Shown: one piece after another, positions 29,489 to 40,200 of the stretch
How the letters are laid out: each line of letters opens with the position of its first letter
Position numbering within the stretch: the first letter of the stretch is position 1
NCBI GenBank assembly: GCA_964421245.1
Contig: CAYQVW010000002.1
Coordinates: forward strand, 280 to 64,279
Source of the DNA: an uncultured bacterium
GTDB lineage: Bacteria > Margulisbacteria > WOR-1 > XYC2-FULL-46-14
Direction of reading: 5' to 3'
Length of the DNA: 64,000 nucleotides
Program-made: the position numbers and the translations under genes
The notes under the pieces: model-generated
Database searches by the model: none
What the model saw: the letters and a program-made list of their open reading frames with translations, nothing else
What the model was told of the DNA's origin: nothing

Positions 29489-29512
29489 TGTGCCGAGCGA
29501 AGTCGAGGCACA
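29489..29512. repeat. REP-like element, family B
   Basis: TGTGCCGAGCGAAGTCGAGGCACA; inverted relative at 46264-46285. Confidence 0.65.
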
Positions 29513-29578
29513 CATTGTTTTTAATTGGGATTTTTTAATTTTTTATTCTATTCTGTGCTAGTTTGATAACCCAGTATC

Positions 29579-30082
29579 TTAAACCAATTCTAATTTACCC
29601 AAAACAAATCTTTCAGCTTGTCGCATCAACTTACGATACCATTTTGTTTCTGAAGAAATAGGCTTAACCAGAATAGTGTGCATATACACATTATTTCCAC
29701 CCCAAATATCCATAAAGAGTTGATCCCCTATCGCTGCGATTTGTGCCGGTTTTAGGCTTAGAATCTTCATTGCTTTTTTATAACCAGAAGAGAGCGGTTT
29801 ATAAACCGTAGCTAAATATGGGACCTGTAATTCTTGAGCAATTTTTTGTACCCGTTTTGGATTAAAGTTATTAGAAAGCAAAAGGATGTTAAAGCCCTGG
29901 TCTTTTAGATCTTCAAAAAAATTATAAAGCAAGGGACTTAAGACCCCTTCCCGGCGAGGAAGGATAGTATCGTCAATATCAAATAAAAGTCCGATAATTC
30001 CTTTACATTTTAGCTCATCAAAGTCAATATTTTGGATGGAATCAAGGTATTCATCCGGTCGCAGGGCTTCTAAGTTAAACAT
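29579..30082 (-). CDS. yqeG: YqeG-family HAD-IIIA phosphatase
   Basis: FDIDDT, LSNN, KP and IGDQLFMDIWGGN motifs; start at the internal Met (MFNLEAL). Confidence 0.85.
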   Translation of the reverse strand: MFNLEALRPDEYLDSIQNIDFDELKCKGIIGLLFDIDDTILPRREGVLSPLLYNFFEDLKDQGFNILLLSNNFNPKRVQKIAQELQVPYLATVYKPLSSGYKKAMKILSLKPAQIAAIGDQLFMDIWGGNNVYMHTILVKPISSETKWYRKLMRQAERFVLGKLELV

Positions 30083-30083
30083 A

Positions 30084-30491
30084 TTATTTGGGTAATATCC
30101 CTTTAACCCAAGAAACAAATCTATCGGCATGTAAAACTACTGCCTCTGCATCATGTTTTGGAAAACACTTCCCTTCATATTCGATCAGATTTTTCTTGGC
30201 GATAAGACGACGAAGATGATTTACCGCTTCCTTTAGCCCCTCTTTATTAATTAGAGAAAGAGTAAGTCGAACAGCATCATCATGATTTTTACTAGAACTT
30301 CTAATTCCGTACAAACAAACCAATAATGCATCATTAGCAGAAATCCCTGCATGCACAGCATCAAGTCCAGCCGCATTCCAATTCTCTTTGTCTAAATTTT
30401 CTTGGGCTGACTTTAGGAAATCCAAAGCTTTTTTAAGAAAACTAATGTAAGTTGATTTATCTACATTTGTAGTCTGAAACTTAGGGTTCAT
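30084..30491 (-). CDS. HEPN-domain protein (MNT-HEPN pair)
   Basis: KKALDFL..AVHAGISANDAL..H..KKNLIEY; overlaps the nucleotidyltransferase gene. Confidence 0.8.
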   Translation of the reverse strand: MNPKFQTTNVDKSTYISFLKKALDFLKSAQENLDKENWNAAGLDAVHAGISANDALLVCLYGIRSSSKNHDDAVRLTLSLINKEGLKEAVNHLRRLIAKKNLIEYEGKCFPKHDAEAVVLHADRFVSWVKGILPK

Positions 30492-31098
30492 AAACCAACT
30501 CCAAGATGGTCTTACCATACAAAACCAGAGCATCCTCTGCAATGTTTCTTATAAAATTATTTCCCTTTTTGTAGCGTTTCTTCAAATCGTTTCTTTTTAA
30601 CAAAACAGGAGAAAGTCCATTGCCAAATTTTTTCGATATTTCAAAATTCAGATCGTCCATTCTTTTTTCGGTCTTTTCAATCGAACAACTCTGAGAAAGA
30701 ACTATTAATAAATCTATGTCGCTATCATCCCTCTCTTTTCCTTTTGCCACGCTCCCAAAAAGAATAATACTTAAAACACCAAAAGTTTTTTTCTTAATTT
30801 TACCAACAATTAATTTAAGAAGTGACTTTTCAATAACAAACAGCGGGATCAAGCCTTTTTCAACCAAAATATTATTCCTATTTAACTTATAAAGCTTGGA
30901 TCTCCCGCTTTTACGCATTAAAACAATGCCCGAACTAAAAAGAGAAAGCAGGGAATGGTGCACAATTCGCTGAGCAAGTTTTGTTGATCGGGCAATTTCT
31001 CGGCCCGTAAGCTCAAGTGTGTTGTCAGCCAATACTCTGAGCACTCTTAACTTTGATTTTTGTCCTAATATACTATCTAATGTTTGATGGTATTTCAT
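30481..31098 (-). CDS. HTH-nucleotidyltransferase (MNT antitoxin-like)
   Basis: N-terminal winged HTH (LTGREIAR) and ILFGSVAKG...DSDIDLL. Confidence 0.88.
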   Translation of the reverse strand: MKYHQTLDSILGQKSKLRVLRVLADNTLELTGREIARSTKLAQRIVHHSLLSLFSSGIVLMRKSGRSKLYKLNRNNILVEKGLIPLFVIEKSLLKLIVGKIKKKTFGVLSIILFGSVAKGKERDDSDIDLLIVLSQSCSIEKTEKRMDDLNFEISKKFGNGLSPVLLKRNDLKKRYKKGNNFIRNIAEDALVLYGKTILELVYEP

Positions 31099-31165
31099 TG
31101 GCTACTTTTGTAGCCATATGGCTACTTTTGTAGCCATTATACACACCCAAACAAACCCCTGTCAA
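31099..31165 (-). promoter_or_regulatory. sigma70 promoter with two tandem palindromic operators
   Basis: TTGACA-N18-TATAAT (31165-31136), then two copies of TGGCTACAAAAGTAGCCA directly before the ATG. Confidence 0.85.
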
Positions 31166-31167
31166 GC

Positions 31168-31203
31168 AAAAAAAGGGGTGACGAGCCTGTTAATCGCCAC
31201 CCC
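31168..31203 (-). terminator. Rho-independent terminator of the giant gene
   Basis: GGGGTGGCGA..TCGTCACCCC stem plus a T-run on the minus strand. Confidence 0.75.
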
Positions 31204-31220
31204 ATGATTATCTAATCTAT

Positions 31221-34200
31221 TTACTTGCTGTAAGCCATAGAAGCTAAAGCATTAAATGTATCACGACTCAAAAGCCCACTTGTACGACCTTGAACATATT
31301 GTCTGTCAACCTCTAGTGGTGCACCATCCCACCTCTTCAATCCCCTTACTCTTCTTGCCTCAGTTGCTTTACTCCAATATAGACTCTGTCCATTTTTTCT
31401 TAAATAAGATGCAAACCTCTTAAAGTTAACTCCGCGAGATCTAATACGATTAAAATCAGGAAGTCTATTTACATAAAAGAGTTTACGTGCTCCTACAACT
31501 CTCCCTTCAAAATATGCCCTAACCAAAACTTTGTTTGGATTATCTGGCATTCCAAGTCTCTTCATATGCTTCCAGGTAGAATTAATCTGTTTATGAGCAT
31601 CTAAGAACTTAGCTACTCCTTTATTTTTCTTTCTCTGAATCATCTCCCATCTTGCAGCAGTATAAGCATTTTGGAATTTTGCTCCAGAAAGTCTGCGAGA
31701 AGATCTTGGAATTCTTCGGAGAACCGCTCTCTCGTCTTTAATGCTTTGAGATATATCCTTTATATATTTTTTTGTCTTTGCATAAGAACGTCTTACCGGT
31801 TTAACCAATATCTGAACCACTTTTCTAACAATTTGAGATTGAACTTCATCCATGCTTCCTGGTTCAATTGAAAAAGTTTGTTCAACTCCCGCAATTCTTA
31901 CTGCAACTTTATTTTCCCCTAGCAACTTAACCAATCCTCTTTCACCAGAAAGAGTAAAAACTCCATCTGCTCCTTTAAAATCAAAATAAACTTTTGGATT
32001 TCTTAGCGAAGAAATCAGCTTTCTCATTTTAGCCATTTTTTGTCTTGCTTTTCTCTGTTCAGCACGAAGAGAAACAAGATAGGCCCTAAATCCTCTAGCA
32101 TTATAGATTTTTTGAGATGTCAAAAATCTCTTACATCCTTTTGCGACCCTCGCTTTTTGAGTGGCAACTCGTTTCTGATAAAGATCATAGGCTTTGTTAG
32201 TATCAACATACGCCTTATAAAGAGCCTGCATTTCCTTAGTAAAGTATCCAACTAATTGACTTTCAAACCCTTTTCTATCAAAAACATGTTCTCTTCCCTG
32301 CTCTGGTCTATATTTATAACGAAATTGGAATGCCCCATTAGTTGCAGAATTAAATTCTGGTTTTGCCCATGCTGTATCCTCTAATACCACATGCCCTTGT
32401 CTTCTTAATCTGGCTTTAAATCTTTTCATTCCTGATACCAAGACTCTTCTGAAGAAAGCTCTTCTCTTTTCATCCATCTTTTCCTTCAAACTATTGTCAA
32501 CAAAAACACCAACAACTTTCTGCATTGCTCCTTTTTCTACCTTTCCACAAAGATCTTGCATTGCTTTTGTTGCTCTTTCAATTGCTGTTGGATCCTTAAT
32601 CGAATATAAATGCTTTAATGAGCGAATCCCTGTCCTCTTAACTAAATCTTCAGCAACGGATCCCTTTAGGAGTCCAACATCTTTTAATGCTAATGCGACC
32701 TCCAAAGCAAACCTTGGATTGTTTTTCAATACTGCTCTAAAACTAGAAACCCTGACAACATCGGCTTGAGTCTCTGAACGTGCCCAGTGAACAACTGGCT
32801 TTCCCTGCGCAGCCTGAGCTAAGGATATATCATAATATCTAGTTTCAGTTGAAGCATTCTGTAAAGGAGTTGACTCAAGAACAGATGCTGCTGTTCCAAG
32901 AACCGGAATTGCTTTCAACCCTACTCTTTTCAAAAATGTTTTTCCAAACAATTTTGCTGCCGCAACAATGGAGGTAAGGTCCATTCCAACTTCTAGGGCC
33001 ATTCCTAAAGTTCCCATATCATTCATATCTTTATTAAAACCAAGTTTTAATCCTTTGTTGACCCAATGTGATGGAGAAATCCCCTTAAATATCCATGAGG
33101 CTGGTTTTCCAATTGCATAGAGTGGAATTTGTCCATATGTTCTAATTCCCCAGGTATCATTCTGCCAAACAATTTGAGCAGACTCAGCAGTTAAATGAGA
33201 AACAATAACAGCAGCTGCTAAAGATAAGAGTTTTGCTCTTCCTGGAAGTTTATTTCCATAAGTTTTTGCAAAATGAGCTCCAACCTTATGAGATGTGTAT
33301 AAGAATGGAACCAATCCATAAGCCCCAATAAATAGATTTGCTGGAATATCAGCATCTTTACCATGAACCAAAGGATGGACAACAGAATCATAAGCAATAA
33401 CAAGATTTGCTGCTGTATGAGCATTGATCTTCATCATTTTTGATAAGAAGATTTTCTTCCCTTCAAAAACCCCCCAGTGTAATGAAGTTTGATACCCTTC
33501 TTTTAAAACTGCTCCAAGACTTACCTGGGATCCTTTCGCAACTTGTTTCAATAGTCCCCCCAATAAACCAGCAACTAAACCAGAACCCATACCAGTTACT
33601 GGAGAATAAGAAGAATAAAGTGCTCTGCGGAAACTATAACGAACTTTCTGTCCTGTAGTTAAATTATTCATTGGAAATTCAGCTTTAAAGTTTGAAAGGT
33701 TAAAATCATTAATTGTTCTAGCATTTTGCTCGTGCAATAATCTGTATTGATCGATTGGGCTTTCAATCCCTCGTTCTCTACACAAAGTGTAAAATTCTGC
33801 TTCAGAAATTCCACGGCTTTCAAGTTCTACTTTAACTAAGTGTCCAGCTCTCTCTAAGGTTGCAAGCTCTAATGCTCTTTCTTGTACCTCAAGTTGAACC
33901 TGAGGATCTTCTAATAGCTTTGTTCCAAAAACTGATCTGTGTCGAGCTAAAACTTCTTCAGCAGCACGTTGTTGTAAAGCTTCAAGATTTGTTTCTTGTG
34001 CTACTCCCTGACTCATAATCTTTCTAAGTAATCCTTCTCTTCTTAGGGTATCAATTACTCTTGATGCATCAGGAACCTTACCATCTAATAAGGCAAATAA
34101 TTGTTTGCGTGCTGCAATATAATCTTCATGAGTTGGATCAAGTGTTAACTTCTCTAAAGTAGCCTTATCAGCTTTAACTCCAGGAACAACTTCAACAAAC

Positions 34201-37200
34201 CTGGTATGTTCATACATTCTTTCTTCTAAAGGAACATCTGTTGGAACACTTTCAGGATTAAGTGCTGGATCAATTAAGCTTGATAACACCCTACTTGCTG
34301 CCTTACTTGGATCAAGGGTTGGATTTGCTTTTCCAACTGCCTCTCCAATTCTAACCATTGCTTCTCTTCCTGAATGAGCTTCAAGCACATCAGAAACTCT
34401 AATATCAATTGTTAGCTCACTTTCACCAACCTTAATAGTTCTTTGAATAGTTGATTTACCTGCTTCTTTGGCTTGTCTTGCAGCCTCAAGTAATTCCTTA
34501 CTTTCTATTTCCTTTTGTACTGCTTTTATTTGTTCACCGTTTTCATCCATAGGAACTGGTTTTCCATTTACCTCCATTGTTGCTGTTGCTCCAGAATCAA
34601 CTAAGATTGCCATCTCAGCTTGGTGTCCTCTGCGGAAAGCACGCGCATCTTCAGTAGTAACTCCAGAAAGGCTAACCCTTTCATTTCCTACTATTCTAAC
34701 TCTCTGCCCTTCTTTTAATGATAATCCTTCAAGATGAGTATTCATTTCATACTCTGAATTAAAATCTGCAGTTCTTACTGTAACCGTTGGAGCAGTTGAA
34801 GAGGCCTGAGGAACCATTCTAGTAGGAGCAGTATGCCCATCCACAAGGTTTCTTAAGGTCCAAACTCTAGCTCCTGCTCCAGGTCCTGCAACTGCATCAA
34901 TATGTGCTGGATTTTGTCCGTCATGAGTCGATCCAATTTGTAAACTACCATCTGGAGCTGCAATATAATCTCTAACACAAACCCTACTCTTTGCATCAAT
35001 AAAAAGATATTGATTTCCCTGTCCCTCTACTATCATTCCATTCATTCGTCTTAAATGAATTAATGGAGTTCCATCTGTCCCTCTAGTAATAATAACTGCA
35101 TATCTGGTACCATCATAATTTTCTGGAATCGCTCTAAGCACGGTATCAACATCTGCTGTAGAACCAAAAACAACTCCACGTCTAGCATCGAAAAATCTAA
35201 CTCCACGAGCATGCATCTCTCTTGCAAAAGCATCTATTGGTCCAGATCCCAAAGTAGTGCTTATACGACCAACTTTTATTACTTCTCCCCTTCTTCCTCT
35301 AGGTTTTGTTAAGATAGCTTTTGGATCAACTTTTCTAGCTTCTGGTGGTCTAACTTCTGCTGGTTTAGAAGCAGGAGTAGGTTCTGGAGCCCTAGGAGCT
35401 TTTGGTCTTTCCGGTGTATATTCTTCAGGAAGATCAACATCTAGTGTTAAATCAATATTTAATTTTCTTGGGAATAGCTTAAATTCTCTTTCAAAGGCTT
35501 CGAGTATTCTACGCCCCATACCGGTTCTAAGTCCGGCAAAAAGCCCTTCAACTTCACGATCAACCATAGCTTGAGCATCTACTTTTCTCCCTTTCGGAGT
35601 ATAGATATCACTCATTTCTGCAACTGCATGTCTTGCTCCTGAACGGAAAGCTTCTCTAGCTTCTTCAAACCAAGTTCTAAACTGCTGATGAAAAGCTCCA
35701 CCTGTATTACCAAAAGCTATTCCTGCAAATTTTGCACCATCAAAACGAGAAAAAAGTGCAACAGTGATTCCTCTTGAAATTCTTCTCTGTAAGGCAGCAG
35801 CATCACTTCCTTCTGCTGGCCAATTAATGTTTAACCTTTTTCCGAAAAGCACCTCAAGTTCATGTTCGACAGCAGCTCTTCTCTTTTCATATGTATCATT
35901 TTCTGGATTATTAAATGAGCGAGCAACAACAAAGTTAACATACTCAGAGACTAGTCTTCTAAAAACCTGGATCGGACTAACTCTACCAGAACCATTAACC
36001 ATAAATGATTGTCCAACTGTATCAAACCAATTATAATAATCTCTAAACTGGTTCATACTCCAAAGAGTTTGTTCTGCCTGAGCTAATCCTTGTTGACTTG
36101 CTATTTGTCGTCCTACTTGAAGTTTTGCATCAAGCACCTGTCTCTCTGGCATATTGAAGTCAGGTCTTCTCATTTGAGACTGTAGCTCTTGATCATATTG
36201 AAAAGCTGCTTCATCAAGAGAATATACTGGTCGGAGTTCAGCATTATCAGTATCACGAGCAAAGCGCTCATGTGCCTGTTTAACTGACCAAGATTCTGTT
36301 CCAGCTCCAGCTAAAAATGCAACAACCTTAGTTGCTCCTTGTTGAACACGAATATCATCTGCACGGTTAAATGTTCCAAGAGTAATAGTATTTGGATTAC
36401 CTGCAGTATCCACAACCCTCTGCCTTCGAGCAACACTATCATTCTCGTGGGTTAATAAGGTTACTTGTTTAGCTAGAGTAGGCAAACGTGACTCAATCAT
36501 TCTCCCTAAAGCAGAATCACCAAATAATTGGACTACAATTGGTTCAGTTGACCTTGTTCTTAAAGCAATTATTTCTCTCGCAATATAATCTGCCTTGGCT
36601 TCACGATTTTTATGATAAACAGTTTCATTCATCTCAATCGTACTAATTGATAATTTAACAGATTGTCCTTGGATAGATCTCCTTCTCCCATTGTATGCCT
36701 GAGCTAATGCAACTTGAGCCCTATTGCTTGGATCTACTATTATCTTAATAGGTGAACTTGTTCTTCCACGAATACTAAGCTGAGCATCAAGTTCAGTTAA
36801 TCTTCTCTCTAAATATTGTTGATCAGTTTCTCCCTGAGTTCTTGATTTAGCATCAGTTAGGTCAATACGAGGGACGTTTTCTGTCTGAGTAAAAATCTTA
36901 ATACCTAGTTTTCTACAAAAGTCTAAAACTGTTGGATCATTCATTGTTCCAGAAATAAATACAACATTTCCACCTCTTACATCAAAACGATTCAAAAACT
37001 CAAGAGAAGTATCACTTTGCACTGCAACTGTATCTTTTCTTATCTTAAATCCACATACTGCCTCAAGTGCTTGGTGTTGTCCGTCTTCAAAACGGTTATC
37101 AATCATTAATCGATCGAGTTCTTGATCAATAATAAAAATTCTTTTACCAACATAATCACAATAAACCTGACCATTTTGTATATATCTTAATGCTTCTAAA

Positions 37201-40200
37201 CATCTAATGATCTTTTTACGCATTGCCTCGTTAAGTCCCTTTGTGCGTACAAACTCGAGTCCTTCTTCTGTAAACTGAACTCCTCTACTCCCGAATTCCC
37301 ACATTCCACCTGGAGTTTTCCAAAAACTTTTTGCATAAGCAGCGGCTCTACCCCATCTATTAGCTTCTACTACTCCCTCCAATCCTCCAGCTCCTTCACT
37401 AATAATTAGTGGGGTTCTAGACATTGTAACTAAAAGATAATCACCCTCATCTCCAACAATTGAACGCTTAAAACTAATAGGAATATTCTCATTAAGTGGC
37501 AAAGAACGGTTAGCTAAGTTAACAAACATTAAATCATGCAAAGAGGTATAAACAACATCAGCCTGGAAAGCTCTTCTTAATGAACCAAGGCTTCCACCCT
37601 GTAAGCCTTTATTTGTTCCTGTTGATATACCAAACTGCTTAAAATATATTTCTGCTTCAGCATGATCTCGAAGTGCATAATCTTTATGTGTTCCTAAAAC
37701 ATAAACCTTTTCACCATTTAATACACGTAAAATTGATATTCCAGCAGCAATAACAGTCTTACCGCCACCACACTCTTTTTGAGAAGATCTTCCGTCACGA
37801 CCGGAAATAATTGTATCCAATTGAGGAGGACTTAAATCAATTCCTTTTATTAGTCTTACCTGAACTTTATAATTTGCTAGAGCATTTCCTTCTCTACCAT
37901 TGACTCCAGTCCTTTCAATAAGAGCTACAGCATCTGCCCTTATTTCTGCTTCTAACCCCTTAATTTCTTTGAGCAGTCTTTTCTTTTCTCCCTTTGTAGC
38001 AGAGGCTAATTCTCCTCTGAGGGTTGAAACCTTAGCTCTTTTAGCATCTATTGCTTCTATATCCAACCTATTTGCTCTAAAATAAGCATCAAATTCCCTG
38101 TTAACCTCTACAATTTCAGCTTCTTTAGCTCTTTCATATCTTGCCTCTTCTGCAGGATCAGTAGCAGAAGAACCTGAAGTTGTATTTGTTGTTGGATCCA
38201 TATTTAATCTAGTTGGAACAAACGATCCTGCTTCCGATATGCTCTTTTCAACTGCACCAACCACTGCTTCCGAAGTATATGCAAAGAGATTTTCTCTTCC
38301 GATTCTAACCTCTAGTTTCATTTCACTATCTTCACCACGATAAACAACAGGAGAGAATGCATTCCCATCAACTATTCTTACTCTTCCAACCCTAAGGCTT
38401 TCTACCTTCTCCCCGCCTTTCCCATTATCTAAAGTAACAGCATATCTTGAAGGTAAAAGCTTGACAATTCTTTTTAATCTGCCTTTATAAAGTGCGAAAC
38501 GTTTATCAGCTCTGCGATCCATTCTAACTTTGTTATCAGTATCAATTGTGAAGACAGCCTGTCGGCTTAAGTTTAAATCTGGAAGTGGGTTCTTGTAATC
38601 ACCATAAAAACCTCTTAAAACACTTGCTGGAATTCTTCCTGAAACCCCAAGATCTCTTCTAACCTGATCTGCATATCTCCCTTTTTCATATGCATTGAAT
38701 GGAGACAATGGACGGTTAAGCCCAACTGTTGCAATAGTTCGAACAGCCCCCCAAAATTTACCACTATAATACAAAGTAAATATTTTCTTAGCTGGGGAAA
38801 CAACCCCTCTATGAGCTAGCTCACCGGTTGTACCTACAACTCTGCGTAATACTGGAACACGGTTAATTTTCCTTAATGCAGATGATCCAACAGCTTTTAA
38901 TCTACTTGCAACTGGAGAATTATCCCAATTAGTTAGATGGTGCCAGCCTTTTTCACCAGCTCCGGCTAATCTTTCTAAAACACCCAACCTTCGTTCACAT
39001 TCAGCCTGTAAATCTTTTTCTTGTTTTGCAGCAGCTTTGTTTGCTCTTACTTTCTCAATCTTTCCATCTACTACTTGAAATAGTGGTTTAAAGGCCCAAA
39101 CTAACGGTTTTAAAGTGATTGGAACAGGAAGGTGGCCTGGGGTTTTCCCTCCCATCCATCTAAAAATTCCTTTACCAATAGCGTAATCTGTATATGTAAC
39201 AAGCATTCCCCACATTCCCCAGAACAACATACTTGCAGCATGAGAAGCAGTAGCAAGACTGAAAATATCCTCATCCCCATTCATAATCTTTTGAAAATGT
39301 AGTTTAATGTTTCTATAAGCAATTCTTGGATCTAGCATATATTTAGTAATTCCCCACCACAATCCCGCAACCGTAAAGATCAATCCAGTTTTGCCCTCTT
39401 GTTCTTTACTTCCAAAAAGCTCTTTACTTCCTTTTATAGCACCATCAGTTTTTTGCCACATCTTATGGGCACTAATTTCGCCTAATAATTTATTAACCTT
39501 CGCCTTGTCTCCAGCAGCGTGTGCTGCTCTAAGCTCTCGAGCTAATTTAGGGCCATAGTAAATTTCTTCTGCCCGATCCAAATCACCAGCTTCAACCGCA
39601 GACCTAAATTCATTCATCATCTTATAGGTTTGATAGATAGATTTGCTGAGATGATAAGCAGTCTTACCCCCCCTATGCACTAATTGTGCACCAAGTTGGC
39701 TAATCCATAACGGAACAACGTAGATTGGAGCAGGCCCTTCAAGCAAATCAAGTCCAGGAACTGATGTCTTTAAAGGAATGGATTCATTAAAACTTGAATC
39801 TTCATATGACTTAAAACTTACCTTGTGAGTGGTTGGATAATGTCTTTGTAATGATTTTTGTAAAGCAACCCCTAAAGGACGATCACTTTTTGGGGTGGCC
39901 CTAAAGAGATCCATTAGGCGCCAAGAATCCAATACTAACTGTCCAATATTTTTTCTGTCAGAATCTTCCTCTTTTTCTGGTTGATATAATTCAAAAGGAG
40001 ATGCTGGAGATTTTATTGCTCTTTTTAATACAACTTTTCCATCTTTTATTTTTAATCCTTTTAATTCTCCTGAAGTAATTAATTTTTTTGCCTCAGCTAA
40101 AACATATCCATTGGAATTTACCCTTACCAACAATTTACCAACAAAATTATCTAGTTTAGCTACATCAGAAGGCTTAACCTTATTTGATTTTGCAATAATT

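Larger units (their letters stand above)
29003..29545. repeat. AATTAAA-type heptamer arrays flanking four-helix-bundle gene 2
   Basis: Arrays at about 29003-29035 and 29441-29470, plus an inverted TTTAATT-type array at about 29518-29545. Confidence 0.55.
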
